Assembly (NCBI GenBank): GCA_040752895.1
Contig: JBFMHN010000005.1
Span: forward strand, 139,626-203,625
DNA length: 64,000 nucleotides
Direction of reading: 5' to 3'
Source: Pseudomonadota bacterium
Lineage (GTDB): Bacteria; Pseudomonadota; Alphaproteobacteria; GCA-2746255
Below are positions 54,562 to 64,000 of the stretch, piece after piece. Both the position numbers and the translations under genes were made by a program. Position 1 is the first letter of the stretch. Each line of letters opens with the position of its first letter. Under the pieces are notes generated by a model. It was given only the letters and a program-made list of their open reading frames with translations, ran no database searches and had not been told where the DNA came from.

Positions 54562-57500
54562 TCTTTCGGTCCTTCGAAGGGCGCTTGGTCCTCGCGGAGC
54601 TCCATCGGCGTCGTCATCGCGTTCACCGAAAGGTAGTAGTGCGCGACCTTCGTCACCTCGTTCCAGTCGAGGCGCGCCGGGTCGCGGACCGGTTCCTGCA
54701 GGCGGGGAGCGGTGTCGCAGCCGGTGACGACGTAGAGCCAATAGCAGTCGCGCCGATCCTCGGCGACGCGCCGTTCGTTGGGCGTGAGCAGAATGGTCCC
54801 GGTCGAGGCGCCAAGCCCCTTCACCTCGATCAGGCGCAGCTCGCCCGAAGCGAGATCGAGGCTGGTGATGTCATAGCCCAGGTTCTTTGCGGATACGTCG
54901 AAAACCTGCCGACCCAGCGCCGCCTCGTGCTCCATGACGACGCGCATGGCGATCACCTCGGTCTCGAAGTTCGGCTTCAGTCGTCGCACCTCGGGCGCTT
55001 CCCGCTCGGGATGCGGCAGGATGAGAACGCTGGCCAGCCGCTCGACGGCCTGAAGCGTGAGTGCCCGCTGGCGTTCGAGGTCGGTGCGGCGGCGGTCGCG
55101 GCGGGCGAGCAGCTCCGCGTGTCGCGATTCCGCCTGCGCGAGGCGGCCTTCTGCGCCGGGGAGCTTCTGATCAACGTCTGCGGCAGCACGGCCGATCTCC
55201 TCGTCGGCGCGCTGGAGCAGTTCGGTCAGCGACAGTTCGACATGCGCACTGACGCGCTCGACTTCGGTGAGCCGGTCCTTGCGCGTCTCTTCGAGGAATG
55301 GCGCGAGCGCGTTCTCGTGGAGCCAGCTCGCTGCTTCGGGGAGAGTCGCGACCGCGGGCATTTCCGCCGGCGGATCGGCAGGGGCGAAGTTGCCGAGCAG
55401 CCCAGGTTCCTGGAGGCGAGGTGTGCCATCGTTGGCAATCTCCACCGCGAAAAGGCGCTCATGGATGACTTGGCCCAGCCCGTCCACGACCCGGGCTCGG
55501 TAGAAATCGACGCGTGCCGCGTGTTCGTGCTGCAGCGAATAGAAGGTTGCGCCCTTGCCGAGGACATTCAGCGCCTGGGCGTGCGTATGCCGCCGGACCG
55601 ACTCGAACAGAGGATGGCCGGGCGTGACCCACTCCAGCTTCTCCAGTTCGGCCGTGTCGCGATCGGTCGAGCAGCGTGGATAGCGGTCCGCAAGAGCCGG
55701 GAGCTTCCAATTCGCCTCCTTCTCGTAGCGGCGGAGCACTGAGGGCGTACGTGCCGGCTCAAAGGTATGCGGCAGGCTCGCCACCGGCCTGAGCGTGAAC
55801 GGCACGAACTCGGCTGCCTCGCGCAGGAAGCGGGCGATGGTCTCGGGCACCACGCGACGCTCTTGCGCTCGAGCACGCCGTTCGATCAGCATTTCGAGGT
55901 TGAGCTTCTTGCTCGCGAGCCCCTCCAGAGCATTCTGGCAGATCGCGCGGAACTGGCCTTCGTCGACATCGCGGAGCAGGCGATCTTCGAGGTCGGCATC
56001 GCCCAGCCGGCCGGCGTAGTAGTCGCGCAGGATGCGCTCGACGTGGGCGGCGGGCAGGACCTCGCCCACCACGTTGAAGACGGCGTCGTCCTCCAGCGCA
56101 TCGCGAATTTCCTGCAGCTTCTCCAGCAGGCGCTGCAGGACGCGGCCTTCGATGGTGTTGGTCGCTACGAAGTTGAAGATCAGGCAGTCCTTGCGCTGGC
56201 CGTAACGGTGGATGCGCCCCATCCGCTGCTCCAGCCGGTTCGGGTTCCACGGGATGTCGTAGTTGAACAGGATGTTGCAGACTTGCAGGTTGATGCCCTC
56301 GCCGGCAGCCTCGGTGGCCACGAGGACCTGGATCGCACCTTCGCGAAACTGCTGTTCGGCATAGAGCCGCGTGCCCGGCTCGTCGCGCGAGCCGGGCTTC
56401 ATGCCGCCATGGATGGTGCCGACGCGGAAGCCCCAGGACGTCAGTCGGTTCACGAGATAGTCCAGGGTGTCCTTGAATTCGGTGAACAGGAGCAGGCGCT
56501 GGTCCGGGTGATCGAAGAAGCCCTCCTTGTGGAGCAGCTCCTTCAATTCCGAGAGCTTCGCTTCCGAGCCCGCTTCCTCGACTGCCTGCGCCTCGCCGGC
56601 CAGTCTGCGAAGCTCCTGAACCTCCTGGCGAACCTGGTCGGCACTGGCTGCGAGCGTAACGGCCTCCAGCATCGCTTCGAGGTGCTCACGCTCGCTTTCC
56701 TCCATTTCCTCCAGTTCCTCCGGATCGGGGAGATCCGGCGGCGCCTGGCGGGCGAGGTCCTGTGCCCGCTTGAGACCCTCTTCCAATCGACGCGCGCGAT
56801 TTTCAAGTGACCGGCGCATGGCGTAGGTGCTCGATGCGAGCCGGCGCTGGTAGAGGGACATCAGGAACCCGATTGCCCGGGCGCGCGGGTCCTCACCCTC
56901 GGCTGCAGCGCGGGCGCTCTCGCGCTTCACGAAGCGCGTCACGTCGCGGTAGAGGTCGAATTCGGCACCGTCTATCTGGAAATCCACCGTGTGCGGGATG
57001 CGCTTGGTGAAGATCGGCTCAGCGGCCCAAGTGCCGTCGCCCCGCCGCTCGGGGAAGTAGACCATCGCCTCCTTGGTGCGACGCAGGTAGAAAGGCGCGC
57101 GCCGACGGTCCATAGCCTCCCTGATCGACCTCACGTCCGCGTAGGCGTCGGCATCGAGGAGCTGAAGGAACAGGCTGAAGTTCTGCGGGTCGCCCTTGTG
57201 GGGCGTCGCCGTCAGCAGCAGCATGTGATCCGAGGTGTCGCGCAGCAGCTCGCCCAGCCGGTAGCGCAGGCTCTTGTGCGACTCGTCGGCGGCTGACATG
57301 CGGTGCGCTTCGTCGACGATGACGAGGTCCCAGTGGACCTGCCGAAGACCGGGCAGGATGTCGGACCGTTTTGCCAGATCGAGCGACGTGATCACGCGGC
57401 TGCGTTCCAGCCACTGGTTGACGCCGAACTGGTCGCGGATGTCCTGGCCTTTCATTACCAGGAACTTCGCGTCGAACTTCTCCTTCAGCTCGCGCTGCCA

Positions 57501-57995
57501 TTGGAAGGCGAGGTTGGCCGGGCAGACGATCAGGATACGTTCGGCAAGTCCACGAAGCTCCAGTTCCCGAATGAGAAGCCCCGACATGATCGTCTTGCCC
57601 GCGCCAGCGTCGTCGGCCAGCAGAAAGCGCACGCGTGCGAGCTTGAGCAGATAGTCGTAGATCGCCTCGAGCTGATGCGGCAGCGGGTCGACCCGCGATA
57701 TCGATAGGCCGAAATAGGGGTCGAACTCGTAGGCGATGCCGAGCGCATAGGCCTGAAGCCCAAGGCGGAGCAACCGACCATCACCATCGAAGGAGCGCTG
57801 CGGTTCCAGAACGCTGAGGCGCTCCAGGTCGCTGGCGGTCATCGTCACTTTGCGGAACCGCTCGGAGTTCGAGCCCACGAGCCCGACGATCCAGCTTGTC
57901 GGTCCGTTGGCTTGTACCGTCTCCACCCGCATCGGCTCGTTGAAAAGCGGCCCGGTGAGGATCTGTCCTTCGCGGATAGGAGGCTCGCCGCTCAA
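54558..57995 (-). CDS. SNF2-family helicase with C-terminal DUF3883-like domain
   Basis: Motif I ADDAGAGKT, DEAH box VIVDEAHRM, motif VI QRMGRIHRYGQ and C-terminal LRLIEVKGLGASTGTILLTPNE. The coordinate-adjacent DUF1156 gene begins 4 nt inside this ORF's last codons (stop/start overlap). Confidence 0.75.
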   Translation of the reverse strand: MSGEPPIREGQILTGPLFNEPMRVETVQANGPTSWIVGLVGSNSERFRKVTMTASDLERLSVLEPQRSFDGDGRLLRLGLQAYALGIAYEFDPYFGLSISRVDPLPHQLEAIYDYLLKLARVRFLLADDAGAGKTIMSGLLIRELELRGLAERILIVCPANLAFQWQRELKEKFDAKFLVMKGQDIRDQFGVNQWLERSRVITSLDLAKRSDILPGLRQVHWDLVIVDEAHRMSAADESHKSLRYRLGELLRDTSDHMLLLTATPHKGDPQNFSLFLQLLDADAYADVRSIREAMDRRRAPFYLRRTKEAMVYFPERRGDGTWAAEPIFTKRIPHTVDFQIDGAEFDLYRDVTRFVKRESARAAAEGEDPRARAIGFLMSLYQRRLASSTYAMRRSLENRARRLEEGLKRAQDLARQAPPDLPDPEELEEMEESEREHLEAMLEAVTLAASADQVRQEVQELRRLAGEAQAVEEAGSEAKLSELKELLHKEGFFDHPDQRLLLFTEFKDTLDYLVNRLTSWGFRVGTIHGGMKPGSRDEPGTRLYAEQQFREGAIQVLVATEAAGEGINLQVCNILFNYDIPWNPNRLEQRMGRIHRYGQRKDCLIFNFVATNTIEGRVLQRLLEKLQEIRDALEDDAVFNVVGEVLPAAHVERILRDYYAGRLGDADLEDRLLRDVDEGQFRAICQNALEGLASKKLNLEMLIERRARAQERRVVPETIARFLREAAEFVPFTLRPVASLPHTFEPARTPSVLRRYEKEANWKLPALADRYPRCSTDRDTAELEKLEWVTPGHPLFESVRRHTHAQALNVLGKGATFYSLQHEHAARVDFYRARVVDGLGQVIHERLFAVEIANDGTPRLQEPGLLGNFAPADPPAEMPAVATLPEAASWLHENALAPFLEETRKDRLTEVERVSAHVELSLTELLQRADEEIGRAAADVDQKLPGAEGRLAQAESRHAELLARRDRRRTDLERQRALTLQAVERLASVLILPHPEREAPEVRRLKPNFETEVIAMRVVMEHEAALGRQVFDVSAKNLGYDITSLDLASGELRLIEVKGLGASTGTILLTPNERRVAEDRRDCYWLYVVTGCDTAPRLQEPVRDPARLDWNEVTKVAHYYLSVNAMTTPMELREDQAPFEGPKE

Positions 57996-58115
57996 CGGAC
58001 ACTCCTTTGGCCTTCAACTGCCTGAACCTGAGTCTGGGCAGTGCGACCTGAAAGGCGCTCGGAGTCGTCGTCCAACCGGTTACCGAATTCAAAGACGTCC
58101 ATCCCCTCTCCCCGC

Positions 58116-59030
58116 CTATTCACCCGCCTGAGCGCCGCCCATGGCCTCGCGGACTTCCTTCCGGTTCGCGAGCACGATGTGCTGATCCTGCGGGCGCTTG
58201 CGGGCTGGCTCTCCGTCGAGCCCCAGTCGTTTCAGGAAGTAGTACAGAAATGCCTTCGGGACCTCGATCGCGCGCTCTCCGTCTTGCATGCCGTAGTCGA
58301 GTTCGACCCCCCGGCGCTGGCCTTCCGACAGTCCGGGATGCGGAGCGATCACCACGGTCACCGACTCGGACCAGGCCCGATCGCTGGCCACCTCGATCGC
58401 GTGCGGCTTGTTCTCCCTGATGTCGAGAATCCGGGCGAAGACGAAGTCCTTGAAGGTCTCGTCGTTGTGGCAGAAGGCGCGCGCATGCCAGCGGAAGCCG
58501 TCGAACCCAAGGGCGTGGGGGGTGATCCAACGCCATTGCGGGTCCGGTTTCGACATCGACTGGTACCGGATCCGGATCGCCTGGCGCTCGCGAATTGCGC
58601 TCAAGACCGCCTTGAGGGTCCGCGTGTCGACGCTCCGGCCGGGGGCTGGCACGACCCGGAAGTCCGGCGGCTCAGCGAGCCACGCCTCCTCCGGCCTGAT
58701 CGTCCTGTTGGCGATGGAATGCAGCTGGGCGAGGTAGCGGTCAGAGTCCCCGACGTCGAAGGCCGACTGGAACTCGCGGGTTGCCAAGTAGCACTTGAGG
58801 CTCGAATCGTAGGTGAGATTAGTGGGCGCGAGTTCCTGGTAACGCGCGAGGTCGGCGGACGCTTGGGGCGTGGAAATCCCAAACCGGTCAGTGAGGTCGC
58901 TGCGGTTGATGCGCCCTTCCCAAAAGAGCCGGAAGTCGATGAACTCGAGCCGCTGCTCGATGCCCCACCTCAGGTCCTCGCGACCCTCGTCCTTGACCCT
59001 CTTCAGTCCAGTACCGCGCCTCACGGCCAC
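58116..59030 (-). CDS. WYL-domain transcriptional regulator (BrxR/CapW-like)
   Basis: N-terminal wHTH (RINRSDLTDRFGISTPQASADLARY) and WYL-type segment IRYQSMSKPDPQWRWITPHALGFDGFRWHARAF. Precedes the SNF2 gene by ~120 bp on the same strand. Confidence 0.65.
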   Translation of the reverse strand: MAVRRGTGLKRVKDEGREDLRWGIEQRLEFIDFRLFWEGRINRSDLTDRFGISTPQASADLARYQELAPTNLTYDSSLKCYLATREFQSAFDVGDSDRYLAQLHSIANRTIRPEEAWLAEPPDFRVVPAPGRSVDTRTLKAVLSAIRERQAIRIRYQSMSKPDPQWRWITPHALGFDGFRWHARAFCHNDETFKDFVFARILDIRENKPHAIEVASDRAWSESVTVVIAPHPGLSEGQRRGVELDYGMQDGERAIEVPKAFLYYFLKRLGLDGEPARKRPQDQHIVLANRKEVREAMGGAQAGE

Positions 59031-59258
59031 TCCTGCGTGCGTAAAGGAAGTTGATTGACTGGCAGTCCTATCTCGTATAGTTTCTTATCCCATCATCGAG
59101 GCCTCGTCAACCGGTGAGCAAGGAAGCACGAACGCAGGGACCACCATGCCGGCGCCAAACCCTACAGCGGCCGATTGCGCCTCGACGCCGGAATCGGCGC
59201 AGGGTAAAAGCTTCTCAAGCGGCGTCGATCACAGTGGCGGCTGTCACTCAAGAGCAGC

Positions 59259-60308
59259 TTGTCGCGGCTCTTGAAGGTTACGGATGTAGAGATTCGGAAT
59301 TGGAAGCGGGGGCAGCGGGCAATGGCGACAGCGGATCACGTTAAGGCCCTGATCCGAAGTCACGCCGAAGGCGATGATGAACGATTCTACGCCATTGCCA
59401 TGCAGGTTGCCGCCCAAGCCGCCCGGCAAGGGCACACGAAATTCGCTCAGGAATTGCGTGATTTGGTCGATCAGGCAAAGGCTCGCGCGAAGGCCGTGCC
59501 CTCCGGCCAAAGGACGAAGCCGGTCCCGATTATACAGCCACGCGGAGAGCTGGCCGGGCTGCTGACTGCAGCCTTCCCAAAGGGCCGCTTGTCCGATATG
59601 GCGCTGGACGAAGCGATCCGCTCGCGGATCGACCGCATCCTTCTCGAACAGCGGCAACGCGAGACCATTCTCGCGCACGGCATGTCGCCGCTCCGCAAGC
59701 TGCTGCTCGTTGGCCCGCCAGGCACAGGTAAGACAATGACCGCCGCGGCCTTGGCAGGCGAACTGAGCGTGCCTCTGTTCACCATTCAGCTCGACGGACT
59801 GATCACGAAGTACCTTGGCGAGACGGCCGCCAAGCTGCGCCTGATTTTTGAGTCAATTCAACAGACCAGGGCGGTCTACCTCTTCGACGAGTTCGATGCT
59901 CTGGGTGGGGAGCGCGCGGCCAGAAACGAGGTCGGGGAGATCCGGCGCGTACTGAACTCATTCCTTCAATTCCTTGAGCAGGACGACTCTGACAGCATCA
60001 TCGTCGCTGCGACCAATCATCCGCAGATCCTCGATAGGGCACTGTTTCGCAGGTTCGACTCCGTAATCGAGTATCGTTTGCCATCGGAGGACATTGCTGA
60101 AAAGGTGATGCGCTCGCGCCTTGCGCTTCTCGACACTTCTCAGGTCGAGTGGAACAAGGCTGTGGAAGCGGCGGAGGGTCTGAGCCATTCGGATATCACG
60201 CGCGCATGCGAGCACGCTGCCAAGAACGCCATTCTTCAGCACCACACGCGGATCGATACAGCCGAGCTTATTGAAGCCCTGATCGAGCGACGCGCCGCCC
60301 ATCAGTAG
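59259..60308 (+). CDS. AAA+ ATPase (IetA-like)
   Basis: Walker A LLLVGPPGTGKT, Walker B VYLFDEFDAL and sensor region. Alternative start ~59322 (MATADH...). Confidence 0.7.
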   Translation: MSRLLKVTDVEIRNWKRGQRAMATADHVKALIRSHAEGDDERFYAIAMQVAAQAARQGHTKFAQELRDLVDQAKARAKAVPSGQRTKPVPIIQPRGELAGLLTAAFPKGRLSDMALDEAIRSRIDRILLEQRQRETILAHGMSPLRKLLLVGPPGTGKTMTAAALAGELSVPLFTIQLDGLITKYLGETAAKLRLIFESIQQTRAVYLFDEFDALGGERAARNEVGEIRRVLNSFLQFLEQDDSDSIIVAATNHPQILDRALFRRFDSVIEYRLPSEDIAEKVMRSRLALLDTSQVEWNKAVEAAEGLSHSDITRACEHAAKNAILQHHTRIDTAELIEALIERRAAHQ

Positions 60309-60329
60309 CGTCTCTGGGGGTGCTGAACG

Positions 60330-62873
60330 ATGCCAGCCCCGAGAAATCGTAAGCACCTCCTCGTTCGAGCCGACCCCTCGGCAGAGGCATACAGGCCGCA
60401 TCCAAGGAAGATTGAGCAGCCTAGCTACGCCGGTCCGCCAGACCGGCGGCGACATGCCGCTGCTCTTCGCGATGCGTTGACGGAGGCCCGCAGACAAGCC
60501 GAAGCGAACCGAGAAGCCGTCGACATCTCAGTGCATGGGGCGCAGCCGGGTCTATATGTCGAGTTCGAAAGCCCTCCCGGCGTCGATTTGAAACTGGAAT
60601 CTCTTGAGGACCGACGCCGCGGTATAGAAGTGGTAGCGGTGCGGCGCGTTCCGGTAGAGCCCGAAGCTCCCCCAACCCAGTTCGCTACGGTCTTCGTGCC
60701 CGACGGCGCGCTCAGGCATTTCTTCGATCGCTTTCAACAGTACACGGAAGAGACGACACGGAAAGGCGAACCCCGTCACAAGGACATGGTGGACCGCATT
60801 GCCGCGCTCCGGAAAGCGACGCTACGAGCCCTTTGGACTGACGCCACCGAAGTCTATCCAGATGAGGCAGAGACGATCTGGTGGGAGGTGTGGCTCCGCC
60901 GCCATGATGGCAGCGAACTGCAGCGGCTTCTCGAATTCGCCGAACAGACTGGTCTCGATGTTGGGGAGCGACGACTAGGTTTTGATGACCGGATCGTGAT
61001 CTTAGTCCGGGGTACCATTGCCCAACTTTCAGCGTCGCTGGACGTTCTTAACGACCTCGCCGAGGTGCGCAAAGCCAAGGAAAGTGCCACGTTCTTCGCC
61101 GATGCTTCGCCGGAGGAACAGGCCGGCTGGCTGAATGACCTGAAAGAACGCGTGATACCACCGACGACCGAAAATGCACCTGCGGTTTGTGTCCTTGATA
61201 CCGGCGTTACGTGGGCGCATCCTCTGCTTGAGGACCTCATTGCACCTAACGACGCGATGGCCGTGGACCCCGCTTGGGGTGGGCACGACGATGGTGGCGG
61301 CCCTGGCAATATGGGGCACGGGACCGAAATGGCTGGCCTTGCGGCCTACGGTGACTTGGCGCCCCACCTTGGTTCCCGAGAACCCGTGCTGATCCGCCAC
61401 CGCCTTGAGTCGGTGAAAATCCTTCCTCCTAGAGGAGCGAACCCTCCGGAGCTGTACGGTGCGATCACAGCGCAGGCGGTCACACGGCCCGAGATCAATG
61501 TACCTCAGCGCCTGCGCGTCTTCTCCATGGCAGTCACTGCAACTGACGAGCGCGATCGCGGTCAACCAACGTCGTGGTCGGCCGCGATCGACGCGCTCGC
61601 TGCTGGGCGCGCGTTTGACCCGGCGACCCACGGCCTCGTCTATTTGGACGAGGCCGAGGAAGGCGCACGCCGGCTGTTCATTCTTAGCGCCGGAAACGTC
61701 GCGCCGGACCACCTGCAGGATGATCATCTTGGCCGCAGCGATGTGGAGACCGTGCACGATCCGGCCCATGCCTGGAACGCCCTTACCATAGGCGCCTGCA
61801 CCGAAAAGGCCACCATCGGAGACCCTACCTGGAATGGTTGGTCGCCGCTGGCGCCCCCTGGCGATCTGTCACCCTGGAGCACGACTTCCGTCACGTTTCA
61901 GGACCGATGGCCGATCAAGCCCGACGTTGTGTGCGAAGGCGGAAACGTAGCTGCAAATGGGGGAGCGTTCGAAAATGCTGTCCCTGATCTATGCCTGTTG
62001 TCGACCTACTTCCAACCGGCTCAAAAGAGCTTCGTCCTGTCGTGGGCCACAAGCGCTGCTACTGCACAAGTTGCCCGTATGGCGGCAATCATCAGGGCGG
62101 AGTATCCGGAGTACTGGCCTGAGACCGTCCGAGGTCTGATCGTTCACTCTGCAGAGTGGACCCGAGCGATGCAGGCACACTTGCGTGGCGCGGGAGGAAA
62201 GCGTGCACGAGCGAAGCTGGTCCGTCGTTATGGCTTTGGTCTCCCGAACCTCCATCGCGCATTGCGCAGCGCCAACGACGCCCTGACCTTGATAGCACAG
62301 GCGACGATTCGACCCTTCTCCGAAGGCAAGATGCGGGAGATGCATCTGCATGAGTTGCCATGGCCAAAGGAAGTGCTGGAAGAGTTGGGGCAGACGCCGG
62401 TCCGGCTTCGCGTCACCTTGTCATACTTTATAGAGCCTAATCCCGGTCGCCGCGGATGGCAGAAGCGGCATCGATACGCGTCGCATGGGCTGCGTTTCGA
62501 CCTGAAAGCTCCAACCGAGACGGTGGATGAGTTTCGCAAGCGCCTTAATCAACGTGCGCTCGACGAGGATGAGGGCAAGCCGGACACTACAGGTGCGACC
62601 GAATGGTTCCTCGGCGAGATGGCGCGCAACAAGGGCTCAATCCATTCCGACATGTGGGTCGGTACGGCCGCCGATCTGGCAGAGCGAGGAGTGGTCGGGA
62701 TCTATCCTGTGTCCGGATGGTGGAAGGACCAGCCCAAGCGCGACCGCAGCGACCTTGGTGCGCGGTACTCTCTTTTGCTTGCGATAGAGACAGAGGCAGA
62801 AGGCGTGGACATTTGGACTCCCGTGGCCCAGCAGATCGGCATTCCTGTCGAAGATGCAGTTATCGAGATCTGA
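60330..62873 (+). CDS. S8 family subtilisin-like serine peptidase (IetS-like)
   Basis: Catalytic triad contexts: Asp VCVLDTGV, His GHGTEMAGLAAYG and Ser SWATSAATAQVARMAAI. Confidence 0.7.
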   Translation: MPAPRNRKHLLVRADPSAEAYRPHPRKIEQPSYAGPPDRRRHAAALRDALTEARRQAEANREAVDISVHGAQPGLYVEFESPPGVDLKLESLEDRRRGIEVVAVRRVPVEPEAPPTQFATVFVPDGALRHFFDRFQQYTEETTRKGEPRHKDMVDRIAALRKATLRALWTDATEVYPDEAETIWWEVWLRRHDGSELQRLLEFAEQTGLDVGERRLGFDDRIVILVRGTIAQLSASLDVLNDLAEVRKAKESATFFADASPEEQAGWLNDLKERVIPPTTENAPAVCVLDTGVTWAHPLLEDLIAPNDAMAVDPAWGGHDDGGGPGNMGHGTEMAGLAAYGDLAPHLGSREPVLIRHRLESVKILPPRGANPPELYGAITAQAVTRPEINVPQRLRVFSMAVTATDERDRGQPTSWSAAIDALAAGRAFDPATHGLVYLDEAEEGARRLFILSAGNVAPDHLQDDHLGRSDVETVHDPAHAWNALTIGACTEKATIGDPTWNGWSPLAPPGDLSPWSTTSVTFQDRWPIKPDVVCEGGNVAANGGAFENAVPDLCLLSTYFQPAQKSFVLSWATSAATAQVARMAAIIRAEYPEYWPETVRGLIVHSAEWTRAMQAHLRGAGGKRARAKLVRRYGFGLPNLHRALRSANDALTLIAQATIRPFSEGKMREMHLHELPWPKEVLEELGQTPVRLRVTLSYFIEPNPGRRGWQKRHRYASHGLRFDLKAPTETVDEFRKRLNQRALDEDEGKPDTTGATEWFLGEMARNKGSIHSDMWVGTAADLAERGVVGIYPVSGWWKDQPKRDRSDLGARYSLLLAIETEAEGVDIWTPVAQQIGIPVEDAVIEI

Positions 62874-63223
62874 CATCGAGGTTCAGATCTTCCAATTCAC
62901 AGCCCTTGTGATTCGGGAGGGGGACGTCTGCGGACAGCTGTCAGGGCCGGAATGGGCGCCGGTAGTGGCCGAGACGATGCGTGCGCAAACTTTCTCGTGC
63001 ATGCGCGCCCTTACGTGCGATTACGAAGAGCGAGTTGGCGCAAGAGTCTTTCCCCTCCGCCAGCTATTAACCTATTGATATATAAAATACTTTACTATTT
63101 TAGACGGTCCGAATACCCGCGATCTTTCCGCCGGTTGCGGCGTCACTGCGCTTAGCCATCGCCCCTCTCGCACTCGGCGCTCGCAGACCACGCGGGATAG
63201 CGCATCGGGTCCCTCGGTAACTT

Positions 63224-64000
63224 CTAGAGGTGACTTTCCGTGAGTTGCCTCATAAGGGCAAACTTGGCCGGCCGGGCAAAATTGCCCAACCTCAGAACCG
63301 CGCCTCGTAAGATTTTGGCCGGCACAGTGTCGTCCGTAAACAATCTGACGATGGCGTTTGTCGTGAGATAAAGCGGCAGCGATGCGTGCCGATGCTTGGT
63401 TTGATAGTGCTCGAGCATTTTGGTTGTACTTATTTCAATCTGCTGAGCGAGCGCTGATCGTATATCTTTCGCAAGAGTGTCTTGGCTTCTGAGACCCAGA
63501 TTAAATCCGTGCGCGGTGACCGGGTGCATACCTACCGCGGCGTCGCCAATCAACGCAAAACGCGTGGTAACGAAGCGGTCCGCAAAAACCGCGACAAGGG
63601 GATAGAAATAGCGTTTTCCAATCAATTTCATTCTACCCAGGCGGTTGGCGAACCGGATTTGCACATCCCTGTTGAATGCCGCTTGCTCCATGTTCAGAAC
63701 CGATTCTGAAGCCGCTGTGGGCAAGGTGATGACAATCGATGAGGTGTTTTCCCCAAGCGGCAACACCGCCAGGGTCAGGCCGTAATGGAAGCACTCATAG
63801 GCGATATCATCGTGTGGCCTTTCATGCGCCATCCTGCACACGACCGCGACCCTGCCAAAGTCTCGTATAGACGCGCCAATGCCCATATGGCGACGGATCG
63901 TGGAAAAACGGCTGTCTGCAGCAACCACCAGGGAGGCCTCCAGCGCTTGTCCATCGGAAAGCCGGACCGAAGCACGGGTGGTGTCGGTGGCTACCGATAC
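63224..64000 (-). CDS. UbiH/UbiF/VisC-family FAD-dependent monooxygenase (partial, continues past window end)
   Basis: Motifs FALIGDAAVGMHP and GFNLGLRS typical of ubiquinone-biosynthesis hydroxylases. The reading frame is still open at position 64000. Confidence 0.7.
   Translation of the reverse strand, partial: VSVATDTTRASVRLSDGQALEASLVVAADSRFSTIRRHMGIGASIRDFGRVAVVCRMAHERPHDDIAYECFHYGLTLAVLPLGENTSSIVITLPTAASESVLNMEQAAFNRDVQIRFANRLGRMKLIGKRYFYPLVAVFADRFVTTRFALIGDAAVGMHPVTAHGFNLGLRSQDTLAKDIRSALAQQIEISTTKMLEHYQTKHRHASLPLYLTTNAIVRLFTDDTVPAKILRGAVLRLGNFARPAKFALMRQLTESHL

Noticed and set aside
63060-63223. AT-rich segment considered as a possible att site or tRNA remnant
   Set aside because: No cloverleaf-compatible sequence and no matching direct repeat found near the other prophage or island boundaries by eye. 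Likely just the promoter region of flanking genes.

Overview
High-GC (alphaproteobacterial-type) chromosome segment made of three blocks. (a) 502-4398: a compact three-gene operon encoding an SMC/RecN-like ABC ATPase, a cytoplasmic HEAT-repeat HWE/HisKA_2 histidine kinase and a REC response regulator with an unassigned output domain. (b) ~4540-43260: one mosaic prophage. Its order is AlpA/Xis-like regulator, a Sak4-like AAA_24 ATPase plus DUF669 recombination pair, a PD-(D/E)XK exonuclease, a RecD/Dda-like helicase, a Toprim primase-DUF927, an iteron array, a RuvC-like resolvase, two tandem ParB-domain DNA methyltransferases, a lambda-like packaging and head module (TerS, TerL/gpA, gpW, portal gpB, S49 protease with a nested scaffold start, gpD-like decoration protein, gpE-like major capsid), a major tail protein, a G/GT chaperone with a -1 frameshift site, a low-GC moron (Mrr_N-like wHTH protein plus a small N6-adenine methyltransferase), a tape measure protein, GTA-like distal tail genes (gp12/gp13/NlpC-P60 gp14/gp15 analogues), a DUF2793 tail fibre with three internal repeats, and a lysis cassette (holin-like protein, endolysin-like protein, i-/o-spanins). 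No integrase or att repeat is visible in the window. (c) ~43260-63100: a defense island, partly low-GC. It holds a MazG-like NTP pyrophosphohydrolase fused to an unknown domain next to a UDG-superfamily-like protein; two TIR-like (DUF1863/ThsB-like) genes, each followed by an unassigned partner (one membrane-anchored); a WYL regulator with a SNF2-DUF3883 helicase, a DUF1156 methyltransferase, a PD-ExK protein and a DUF499 ATPase in one operon; and an IetAS-like AAA+ ATPase plus S8 subtilase pair. A partial UbiH-family FAD monooxygenase gene marks the return to core genome. Several large ORFs in the six-frame track are antisense artefacts of the high GC content and are listed as rejected.
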